IMG/VR virus record: IMGVR_UViG_3300022661_000051
DNA length: 64,000 bases
Direction: 5' to 3' (one strand)
From: a virus
Taxonomy: Duplodnaviria; Caudoviricetes
Shown here: in pieces, positions 18,242 to 26,123 of the stretch
Layout of the letters: each line of letters begins with the position of its first letter
Numbering within the stretch: the stretch's first letter is position 1
Made by a program: the position numbers and the translations under genes
Notes under the pieces: model-generated
Told to the model about the DNA's origin: nothing
Seen by the model: only the letters and a program-made list of their open reading frames with translations
Databases searched by the model: none

Positions 18242-19062
18242 TCTCTTTCCACTTTAACAAATGCTGGTACATAATTCGGTATCTGAGGAATTGTTTGTAC
18301 AGATTCTATATTATCTGGATGCGATACTCCTATAACAGTATTTCCAGATATGTCGTTTTTATATTCAGCCAATCTTTCTTTAAGCATTTTCTGAAGATCA
18401 TGTAACTGATCTATTTGAGAATTATCTCCCATTTCGACACTTATATATTTCTTTTCGAGTACTTGTTTATAATTATCATTCATAGACCCTTCTATTGTAA
18501 GGCGTTCAAGCTCATCCAATTTGTCGAGAAGCTCCGGATCTATGTAATTGTAGTACATAGCAATGAATTGACGATAATAACCGTATACTTTATCAACCGG
18601 TACAAAAATATACTGGTTGTGGACAAGTTCATGTACTGTCTCACATAATGGAATAAGACCGAGCATTAAGCTATAATGTATGTACATTACTTCATAAGCT
18701 ACAGCTTCAATATCAAGACATTCGCCCAAGCTCATTCTTTTATTAAGAATGATTACACATATATCATATAAAGTTATAGGTGAATGATGAATTTCTATCT
18801 TTACCTTAAATGAATTTTCATTGTTGATATTGGGCATGAATGCACATGACCTCATATTCATATACTCTCTTAGATATGCGATCATATTTCGATACTCGAA
18901 AGAACACCTTACAAACCTTTCAAGATCTTTTATATATTTAGCTCTATCCTTTTCATCGAAAAGATCATAGTCCTGAATTTCGTACGCAGGAATGTCGTTA
19001 GGAATTCTGATAATATCTATCTCGTTCGGTTGAAGAGGTATCATACTATTTTCACCGATCAT
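18238..19062 (-). CDS. HNH-like nuclease-fold protein (paralog of 54475-55197)
   Basis: CAF...IEIHH...GLIPLCETVHELVH; C-terminal PAFVK; late promoter 19092-19103. Confidence 0.55.
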   Translation of the reverse strand: MIGENSMIPLQPNEIDIIRIPNDIPAYEIQDYDLFDEKDRAKYIKDLERFVRCSFEYRNMIAYLREYMNMRSCAFMPNINNENSFKVKIEIHHSPITLYDICVIILNKRMSLGECLDIEAVAYEVMYIHYSLMLGLIPLCETVHELVHNQYIFVPVDKVYGYYRQFIAMYYNYIDPELLDKLDELERLTIEGSMNDNYKQVLEKKYISVEMGDNSQIDQLHDLQKMLKERLAEYKNDISGNTVIGVSHPDNIESVQTIPQIPNYVPAFVKVERE

Positions 19063-19109
19063 AATCTATGTTCCTCCTTATAATAATAAATTATTATAAA
19101 GTTCTTGAC

Positions 19110-19410
19110 AAAAAATAAACGCGGCAGTATCGAGGTGGTGCCCGAAAGCACCACCTAAATACTCATTCATTTAAAAACTGCAGGAGTGTATTTAAAACGA
19201 GATTTCAATAGAATAAATGATTGATGTAGATGGAACCAGCACTATTGGACGGTTTGTGGGTGCGGCTCAAAAATTAAGGCAGACGAGATATTATTTCGCC
19301 GGCAGATAAAACGGCAAAACGGCCAGTCCTGATATCATCTCATCAGCGGCATCGCCGATACTGTAAAGAAAAGAGCGGCTCTCGGCGCCAATTCCATCAT
19401 GTCAATCATT
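19110..19410 (-). ncRNA. Putative ~300-nt structured ncRNA with eight GCCG motifs
   Basis: Late promoter AACA-TTATAG-TA with +1 at 19410; nt 1-26 pair with 19216-19242 via multiple G-U pairs; UUCG-capped 3' hairpin 19126-19163; GC-rich and no ORF. Confidence 0.65.
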
Positions 19411-19475
19411 ACTATAATGTTATATATGTGTTAAAAAATAAATGGGAAGATATCCCATTTATTTTATTATATCGA

Positions 19476-20345
19476 TCATTTACGAATGATCTGCTTAGCT
19501 GCTTCATAAGCTGATTCCATAGTAGTACAATTACAAAGGAATCCAGAGTTATGACAGAAAGTCATAGATCCAGGAAGTTCAGATTGGGGTTTACCACACC
19601 ATTCCTTTGGGAATTGATAATCTGATTCCATTGTGTTAATTGCTTTCGGAAGAACCTGAGCAGCAAAGCCGCCTCTGAGGTGAGGATATATTACAACCTT
19701 CACTGTAGGAAGTTTTGTAAGACAATATCTAATGAAATCGGCATACTTATCGAGAAACAGAACAGTACCATTTTCATTAACTCTTCCATTCGCATCGATA
19801 TAGCTCCAGGCTGCATTTCTATTATCCAGCTCCGCAAACTTTCTTTTAATGATCTTTTCTGCAATATCTACAGCTTCACTGAAACGTCTGTTCTCAAGAA
19901 TATCTCGAGCCGAGCTGTCCGGTATAATATAATTTGCGCTGTAATGTTCGACTTCTTCGATCGTTGGGTTGAATAATCGTATCATGTCATTGATAGCACA
20001 CTTCTCTCCACCGTTATCATGGTTATCAATTGGCTGAACGAATTCTTCATCAAAAGTAGGATATTTCTCCCAATCTCCAAACTCTCTCCAGAGAAGTCCA
20101 AATGCGGCATACTTTATACCGTTAGGACGAACTTCTGCATCTTTCTGATGATGATCGAACTTACCAAGTCCAATATCATAAATGATAGTGTCAGGACTAT
20201 TAAGAATTTCCTCATCAACTTCGTTGAGCTTTATTGTTCTTATGATAGAGATATCGTGTTCCTTAAAAAGTATTTTAAGAAGCGCAGTTGAGAAAACCTC
20301 ATCTGCATGGAACTGAGTGCTATGTGTTATTAAAATTTTGGACAT
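19476..20345 (-). CDS. MYG1 (UPF0160) family exonuclease
   Basis: THSTQFHADE, DIG..FDHHQ, YAAFGLLW, IDNHDNG, FCHNSGF. Confidence 0.9.
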   Translation of the reverse strand: MSKILITHSTQFHADEVFSTALLKILFKEHDISIIRTIKLNEVDEEILNSPDTIIYDIGLGKFDHHQKDAEVRPNGIKYAAFGLLWREFGDWEKYPTFDEEFVQPIDNHDNGGEKCAINDMIRLFNPTIEEVEHYSANYIIPDSSARDILENRRFSEAVDIAEKIIKRKFAELDNRNAAWSYIDANGRVNENGTVLFLDKYADFIRYCLTKLPTVKVVIYPHLRGGFAAQVLPKAINTMESDYQFPKEWCGKPQSELPGSMTFCHNSGFLCNCTTMESAYEAAKQIIRK

Positions 20346-20349
20346 GATA

Positions 20350-20676
20350 TTAACCCTCCTGAATGTCGATCTTTGTTATTACGCAGTTCTTCGCTGCAGT
20401 AAGAATTTCATTAGAGATTTTGTTTTTGTCCTTATCGCTGATACTATCGATAACTTTAACGATTGTAGCGTTATGAATATTAACGAGTTCGTTTATTACG
20501 GTAATATTAGTATCATTGATATTTTTGTATACGACTTTCGGTAAACCGTCCGGCATTGAGAAAGACTGCAATCCTCGATGCATTATGTATTTTTCCTCAT
20601 TCGTTTTATTGTCTTTGACTTTGTAAAGTATACCTGCATCGAATGCATAAATACTTATAAGAGTTATACCTTCCAT
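20350..20676 (-). CDS. Hypothetical protein
   Basis: Start refined to ATG 20676 after GAGGAGG. Confidence 0.7.
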   Translation of the reverse strand: MEGITLISIYAFDAGILYKVKDNKTNEEKYIMHRGLQSFSMPDGLPKVVYKNINDTNITVINELVNIHNATIVKVIDSISDKDKNKISNEILTAAKNCVITKIDIQEG

Positions 20677-20677
20677 T

Positions 20678-20956
20678 TTAATCCTCCTCGTCATTTATAT
20701 ATTTATAATAATACTTGTCACCATCAGAGTCTTTTTTATATATCATACCATGCTCATCATATTTATATTCCCAATGATATTCATTACCATCAGAGTCTTT
20801 TTTATATATCATGTTGCCATGGTCATCATATTTGTATTCCCAATAATATTCTTTACCATCAGAATCTTTTTCATATATGACATTGCCATGCTCATCATAT
20901 TTATGTATGCAACCATCATTACGAATGTACATAGTTAATATACGTTTCTTACTCAT
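20678..20956 (-). CDS. Small YD-repeat protein
   Basis: Three ~23-aa repeats KYD[ED]HG(N)xIYxKDSDGxxYxxxY. Confidence 0.75.
   Translation of the reverse strand: MSKKRILTMYIRNDGCIHKYDEHGNVIYEKDSDGKEYYWEYKYDDHGNMIYKKDSDGNEYHWEYKYDEHGMIYKKDSDGDKYYYKYINDEED
20700..20902 (-). repeat. Coding tandem repeat, ~69 bp x3
   Basis: ACCATCAGAGTCTTTTTTATATATCAT-type units repeated three times. Confidence 0.8.
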
Positions 20957-20972
20957 AATTAGCCTTCCTATC

Positions 20973-21389
20973 CTATAATAAATATAAATTTTCGATCACC
21001 CTTGGTCCAAAGGTGATCTTTGTTACTTTAATCATGATATTACATTTCGGATCATCTGGATCTTCATACATTAATCCAGAGATTCGAACTACAGGATCTG
21101 ATATCTTAGAAGCATTTAAAGTGTCGTTCACTTCAATAACAAGTCTGAGTTCTTCTCCTACTGTTTCGATTGAAAAGACCTTACCTATAACAATATCCTT
21201 CATTGGATTAGGGAGGATATCAGACTCTACATCCCGTATAGGATCAAGGAGATATACAACATCTCCTTTTTTGATGAAGTCGCCTATACGGTGAACTTCA
21301 TCGTAGTTTTTCACAGTCTTCCCTTTATAGTACATTTCCTGAGCATTTTTCTGTACCATAAAGGGAACTTTAATGAATGTATTATTCAT
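20973..21389 (-). CDS. Hypothetical protein
   Basis: 138-aa ORF, GGAGGG SD. Confidence 0.75.
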   Translation of the reverse strand: MNNTFIKVPFMVQKNAQEMYYKGKTVKNYDEVHRIGDFIKKGDVVYLLDPIRDVESDILPNPMKDIVIGKVFSIETVGEELRLVIEVNDTLNASKISDPVVRISGLMYEDPDDPKCNIMIKVTKITFGPRVIENLYLL

Positions 21390-21391
21390 AT

Positions 21392-21778
21392 TTATCCCTC
21401 CTGTGTATTGAATTCTTCTCCCTTTACCAGAATACGATGAATATACATGAACTCACGACGACGCGGATGTTTTGCGAAGTTCTTATATGTTATAAGATTA
21501 TAGTTATTATCATCCAATACCGGACATGTAGTTGTTACTATTCTGAAATAAAGATTAAGATGTCTTTTAAGAATAGTAACAACAACCTGTGCCCAGAGTT
21601 TATTATCAAAGAATAATGTTTTTGATAAGTCGGTTGTGAATTCTGTTCTGTGATATTTATCCAGTAGCGTACCATTCCATACAGGGTCTTCTGGAATTTC
21701 AGCAACCCTCATGTTTTCGTTACTTGTTTCGGTAAAAGATGCGGTTATATAAAAATATTTTCTCTTCTTATTGTTCAT
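21392..21778 (-). CDS. Hypothetical protein
   Basis: 128-aa ORF, AGGAG SD; shares YF(Y)ITA...LxF pattern with neighbouring ORF. Confidence 0.7.
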   Translation of the reverse strand: MNNKKRKYFYITASFTETSNENMRVAEIPEDPVWNGTLLDKYHRTEFTTDLSKTLFFDNKLWAQVVVTILKRHLNLYFRIVTTTCPVLDDNNYNLITYKNFAKHPRRREFMYIHRILVKGEEFNTQEG

Positions 21779-21792
21779 TTTAATTAATCTCC

Positions 21793-22179
21793 TTAGTTTT
21801 TTGGTTTAAAATAAATTAATCCGTCTTTGCCGGTATATGTGCCATTGAAAGTATACAGTTTATCAGGATCGATATCTTCCTCATTTATATACCTTCCCTG
21901 AATACTTGTGGTAAATCCATCGCTTATTAAGCCATACTCTTTCAAGATTTCTGCCATTCTTTTAGCATAACATTCGCAATCAAATAACAGAACATCCGTA
22001 GGTTCTGATTTAATAAACTGCGCCGATATGATAGAATTAGAATCTCGATTCCAATCGATATCTGTCAGATGATATACTGACCATGATCGATTACCATCAT
22101 GAGCCGTGATGAAATAACACTTTATTTTCATAGGCACTCCTTTCTTTAATTTTGAATCGTTCTCGTATAATGTATCCAT
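21793..22179 (-). CDS. Hypothetical protein
   Basis: 128-aa ORF, AAGGAGG SD. Confidence 0.7.
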   Translation of the reverse strand: MDTLYENDSKLKKGVPMKIKCYFITAHDGNRSWSVYHLTDIDWNRDSNSIISAQFIKSEPTDVLLFDCECYAKRMAEILKEYGLISDGFTTSIQGRYINEEDIDPDKLYTFNGTYTGKDGLIYFKPKN

Positions 22180-22217
22180 ACTTATACCTCCTTTATTCCA
22201 TAGTTTCGGGATATGTT

Positions 22218-22976
22218 TTATATGATTTCCATTACATGGTTATACACATCAGAATAGGTTGAATTGATATAGTGTAAACCATCAGATGTATAGAATCCGT
22301 TTTCGATCATATAAGTATATGAGTCGATAAATGAAATATCTGATCTGAGACCATTTTTCATTGTTTCATTGAAGTACTCAATATCGTCATTGAGATATTC
22401 ATAGTCGCAGTTGCAAGGATTAACCGATAATACGAATATGTTATTATTTGCTAAGAATTCTTCAGGCAAGTTGTTATAAATCTCGAGATATGAATTCACA
22501 TTATGAAGATCGTTAACTCCAAGATTGAAGATTATATTGTTTCCTCTTAAAGAAGTTATATTATAGATATTACTTCTAAGAAGTTCAATACCGGCACCAA
22601 CCTTGGCAGTGCAATCGATATTAGTGATAGAAGATAATCCTACCGTTCTCGAATCTCCTACCCAATAATATTCGTCATATGATTTGACAACAGTAGAGTT
22701 GTTGTTTGTTACGATTTCATGTGACGAAGTTGTTGATGAAGTCGTAATAACAGTTGTATCTGTTGTTGTAAAAGTGATACGATTAGATGTAGTAGTTGTT
22801 TCTATAGTAGTTGTAGTAGTTTCTGATGTTGTAGTTGTTGCAACAACATCGTTTTTACTATTATCCGCTTTAGGCTTAGCTGTTCTTGACATGTATACTA
22901 TCATGATTGTAAGTAAGATCATGAATGATATTGTGTAGAATAATACAGTTATACCCTTATTTGAAACTTTTCTCAT
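22218..22976 (-). CDS. Membrane-anchored SGNH/GDSL-family esterase
   Basis: N-terminal TM helix, Thr/Ser-rich linker, GDSRT, G.ND, DGLHY catalytic blocks. Confidence 0.85.
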   Translation of the reverse strand: MRKVSNKGITVLFYTISFMILLTIMIVYMSRTAKPKADNSKNDVVATTTTSETTTTTIETTTTSNRITFTTTDTTVITTSSTTSSHEIVTNNNSTVVKSYDEYYWVGDSRTVGLSSITNIDCTAKVGAGIELLRSNIYNITSLRGNNIIFNLGVNDLHNVNSYLEIYNNLPEEFLANNNIFVLSVNPCNCDYEYLNDDIEYFNETMKNGLRSDISFIDSYTYMIENGFYTSDGLHYINSTYSDVYNHVMEII

Positions 22977-23000
22977 TTTAATTTCCTCCTTGAAATAAGA

Positions 23001-23026
23001 GATAGAGGGCGATGAAGCCCTCTATC
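23001..23026 (-). terminator. Intrinsic terminator after gyrA
   Basis: GATAGAGGGC-gatgaa-GCCCTCTATC. Confidence 0.7.
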
Positions 23027-23030
23027 ATTA

Positions 23031-25403
23031 TTATACTAATATCACCTTTGTTATTTCAGTTCCTTTAACAAGTCTAACTCCGGTTGATACCGTACTCGAT
23101 AACGGAATATTCTCTGGCTTAACATCAACAAAGTCAGAACCTCCGTTTAACATACAGCGTATGACGCTTTGAGGTGTGACGCTTATAACACTTGCAATAG
23201 AATCACCTTTTGCGAGCTTAATGACTCCACCCCCAGCTTTAGATCTACCTGATTTGATAGCTTCAGAACTGATTCTATTAAAGTAACCCTTAGTTGTTAC
23301 AATAATAATATCTGCTGTCGGCTGCTTCAGAACTACAGAGAATCCTTCTACTTCCGTAGTTGTTCCTCCCATTGAAATATTTCCTCTAGTATTTCTCTTA
23401 ATAAGAGGAATCTCTCCAATGGACATTTTCAGGGCTTTATTTTTACTGTATACGACAATATCCGAAGAGTTGCCGCTGAATAACATTACATTCACAACAT
23501 TATCGTTCGGATCGTTCTTAACGTATACAAGACCGGAATTTGGTACAGACAAGAAATCCGTAACTTCCATTCTTTTAATATATCCATTCTTTGTAAGCGT
23601 TACCAAATAACCATTCTTGAATTTCTCTATTACAGGTTCATAGATAACACAAGTTAACGGAGCATTGATATACTTATTAATTAAACGGATATCAGTACCT
23701 GAGCTGTTTCTATCAGCAAAAGGTATCTTATGGATAGGTATATTGTACACCTTACCAACATTGTCAAATAATAAAAGACTCTTACTATTATCGCCAACAA
23801 TGACAAATTTAATAGCATCTTTACTATTTGGAATTGTATCGTTAATACCGATCTTCTTAATGAAGTTATTCTCAGTAATAACGACTTTAAATTCGCCAGC
23901 AGGAATTCCAGTAGCTTCTTCTTTCTTCATGATCTTACAAGTTCTTGGAGTTCCATATTTAGCTTTTATTTCGAGAAGTTCTTTGATAATAATCTCCTCG
24001 ATTTTTCCATCAATGAGTATAGCGTCTCTACACTCATTTGCTACTGCATCGATCTCTGCTTTCTTAGACTTATACTCATTAAGATATGCTATAGAAAGTT
24101 TCTTGATCTCGCAGTTAATAAAGAACTTAGCCTGAATATCGGTAACATTAAGCTTCTTGATAAGTTTCTCAATAAGCTCAGCGTCATTGATAGTCTTCTG
24201 TTTCTTTATGATAGAAATAGCTTCGTCTGCTTTACCGCTTTCAATAGCCCAAATATACATTTCGTACATATGACTATTAGTAGCACACTTCTGAAGTCTA
24301 TTGTGATAGTATCTGAGTTTAGTCATCTTTCTAAACTCAATCCACGCCTTAATATAGTCACTATAGTTAAGACGTTTTGTCGGAGAATTCTGGTCCAGAC
24401 AATCGATAACCTTAAAGTTAACGCTACATGTCTGCTCCATTCTCGTGTTCTTATATATCGCGTCACGGATAAAATGAGGATCCGTTCCAGGACGAAGGAT
24501 AAGAACATAATTCATGTCGTTAACGGTAGAACACTCTTCAGTATTGATAATACCGATGATTTTATTCGACTCTACCATCGACTCGATACCTTTTATGATT
24601 GTACCGAGATATGTTATATTCGGACATGATCTTAAATGAAGAGTAGGATATCCTTTATATTTCTTATTATCTCCATTGTAAGTTCCTACTTCAATTCTGC
24701 CTCGAACCTTATATTTTCCTTTACCTTTATCAGAAATCTCTTTCCAATCTGTATCGATTATAGTACAACTCTGACAATGATCTGGAATTAGTACGATACT
24801 ACCATTCGGATTCTTAATTAGATGTATGGTAGCATCTATAACCTCAGAGAGGTTGTGAGTAGGAATATCGATTTTATCTCCTACTGCCATATTCGATGCA
24901 CCGTTTACAAGAAGAAGCGGAAGCTTCGCTGGTAAGTACATCGGTTCTTTTAGTTCTGGTAAAACATCAGACTGTTGCCAGTCTACAATCTCTTTACATT
25001 TAATGAGATCGTCCAGTAAGACATCATACGTGAAGTTTGATATCTTTGTTTCAGTGTATCGTCCGGCAGCTCCTACGTCACCATTGGTATTACCGAACTG
25101 ACCTCTTCCATCAAAGAGAGGCATCTTGGTATTAAACCAATTGATGAGAGTATAAAGAGCTCCCTGAATAGCTGAGTCGCCATGTGGATGAAAATGACCC
25201 ATTGTATCTCCAACAACGTTAGCAGATTTTCTGAGTCTACTTGCCTTTGACACTTCATGTGCGGCATATACGATACGTCGCTGTACCGGTTTTAAACCGT
25301 CTCTTAATTCTGGAACCATACGATGGTACTGTACATACATCGCGTATTCCTGATAATCTTTGACGTATTGCTCTACGGCATTTACGTTTATTATTTCGCC
25401 CAT
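23031..25403 (-). CDS. gyrA: Type IIA topoisomerase subunit A (GyrA/ParC-like)
   Basis: RDGLKPVQRRI, HPHGDS, active-site AAGRYTE, IPTHNL, C-terminal beta-pinwheel repeats. Confidence 0.93.
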   Translation of the reverse strand: MGEIINVNAVEQYVKDYQEYAMYVQYHRMVPELRDGLKPVQRRIVYAAHEVSKASRLRKSANVVGDTMGHFHPHGDSAIQGALYTLINWFNTKMPLFDGRGQFGNTNGDVGAAGRYTETKISNFTYDVLLDDLIKCKEIVDWQQSDVLPELKEPMYLPAKLPLLLVNGASNMAVGDKIDIPTHNLSEVIDATIHLIKNPNGSIVLIPDHCQSCTIIDTDWKEISDKGKGKYKVRGRIEVGTYNGDNKKYKGYPTLHLRSCPNITYLGTIIKGIESMVESNKIIGIINTEECSTVNDMNYVLILRPGTDPHFIRDAIYKNTRMEQTCSVNFKVIDCLDQNSPTKRLNYSDYIKAWIEFRKMTKLRYYHNRLQKCATNSHMYEMYIWAIESGKADEAISIIKKQKTINDAELIEKLIKKLNVTDIQAKFFINCEIKKLSIAYLNEYKSKKAEIDAVANECRDAILIDGKIEEIIIKELLEIKAKYGTPRTCKIMKKEEATGIPAGEFKVVITENNFIKKIGINDTIPNSKDAIKFVIVGDNSKSLLLFDNVGKVYNIPIHKIPFADRNSSGTDIRLINKYINAPLTCVIYEPVIEKFKNGYLVTLTKNGYIKRMEVTDFLSVPNSGLVYVKNDPNDNVVNVMLFSGNSSDIVVYSKNKALKMSIGEIPLIKRNTRGNISMGGTTTEVEGFSVVLKQPTADIIIVTTKGYFNRISSEAIKSGRSKAGGGVIKLAKGDSIASVISVTPQSVIRCMLNGGSDFVDVKPENIPLSSTVSTGVRLVKGTEITKVILV

Positions 25404-25453
25404 CGACGAACCTCCTTTATTTTTGTTTATTAGAGTGTTAACTCTTCGCCTAT

Positions 25454-25463
25454 ATAATATATA
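25454..25463 (-). promoter_or_regulatory. Early-type promoter TATATATTAT (a late-type promoter also lies at 25428-25439)
   Basis: Both promoter classes occur in tandem upstream of gyrA. Confidence 0.55.
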
Positions 25464-25471
25464 AATGAGCA

Positions 25472-25510
25472 GACAATTACCGGACTGGGTATTCCAGTCC
25501 AGTAATTGAC
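25472..25510 (-). terminator. Intrinsic terminator
   Basis: CAATTACCGGACTGG-gtatt-CCAGTCCAGTAATTG long hairpin. Confidence 0.65.
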
Positions 25511-25560
25511 AACAAGGAGATCATATACGAATAATCGAATTTATGTTGTTATACAGTGCC

Positions 25561-26010
25561 TCATTCATTGCTTGAATCTGCTGCCTTTGTAGCGTTAAAT
25601 TCTTCGCACTTCTCAAGGGAGAATCCGAGAATGTATGTAGGATTACCATCCTTATCGCACTTGAATCTTGGCATTACTGCAAAGCCGGTATTAATCTGAT
25701 CTACAAAGTTTTCAGAAACGGCAACCTTGAATGTGTCGTTCTCGAAACCGTTGATGTAGCCGACCTTCATAAAACCTGGACCGTCAATTCTTTTGATTGT
25801 AGTTGAAATTGAAATTATATCAAACGGAATCTTAGAAACAAGATTTGAAACTGCTGGAGCGAGTTCAGTATTGTCCTTAGATACTCCGAGAGGAATCTGA
25901 AGTGTAATGAACTTCTTTTTTGTATCAGACTGCTTGCGGTAGCCTTTTCCGTTGTTGCGATCAAACTTTGAATTTCTCTTCTCGCCGTTAAATTTTCTGT
26001 TTTCACTCAT
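25561..26010 (-). CDS. Hypothetical protein
   Basis: 149-aa ORF with AAGGAG SD; basic N-terminus. Confidence 0.8.
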   Translation of the reverse strand: MSENRKFNGEKRNSKFDRNNGKGYRKQSDTKKKFITLQIPLGVSKDNTELAPAVSNLVSKIPFDIISISTTIKRIDGPGFMKVGYINGFENDTFKVAVSENFVDQINTGFAVMPRFKCDKDGNPTYILGFSLEKCEEFNATKAADSSNE

Positions 26011-26123
26011 GATAGTTTACTCCTTCTGGTTATTAATAATTATTTAGTAGAACGTGCGTTCTATTACTTATATGTACGTGTTTGTGTAAAAAAATAATGC
26101 GGTAGTTTCCTACCGCAATACTT

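Noticed and set aside
19290-19350. Hammerhead-like CUGAUGA...GAAA in the minus-strand ncRNA
   Set aside because: Stem II does not form beyond one base pair and no stem III/NUH cleavage site can be built
19216-19410. 6S RNA (similar length, closing stem)
   Set aside because: The interior folds as several short hairpins rather than a continuous rod with a central bubble; cannot be supported without a covariance search
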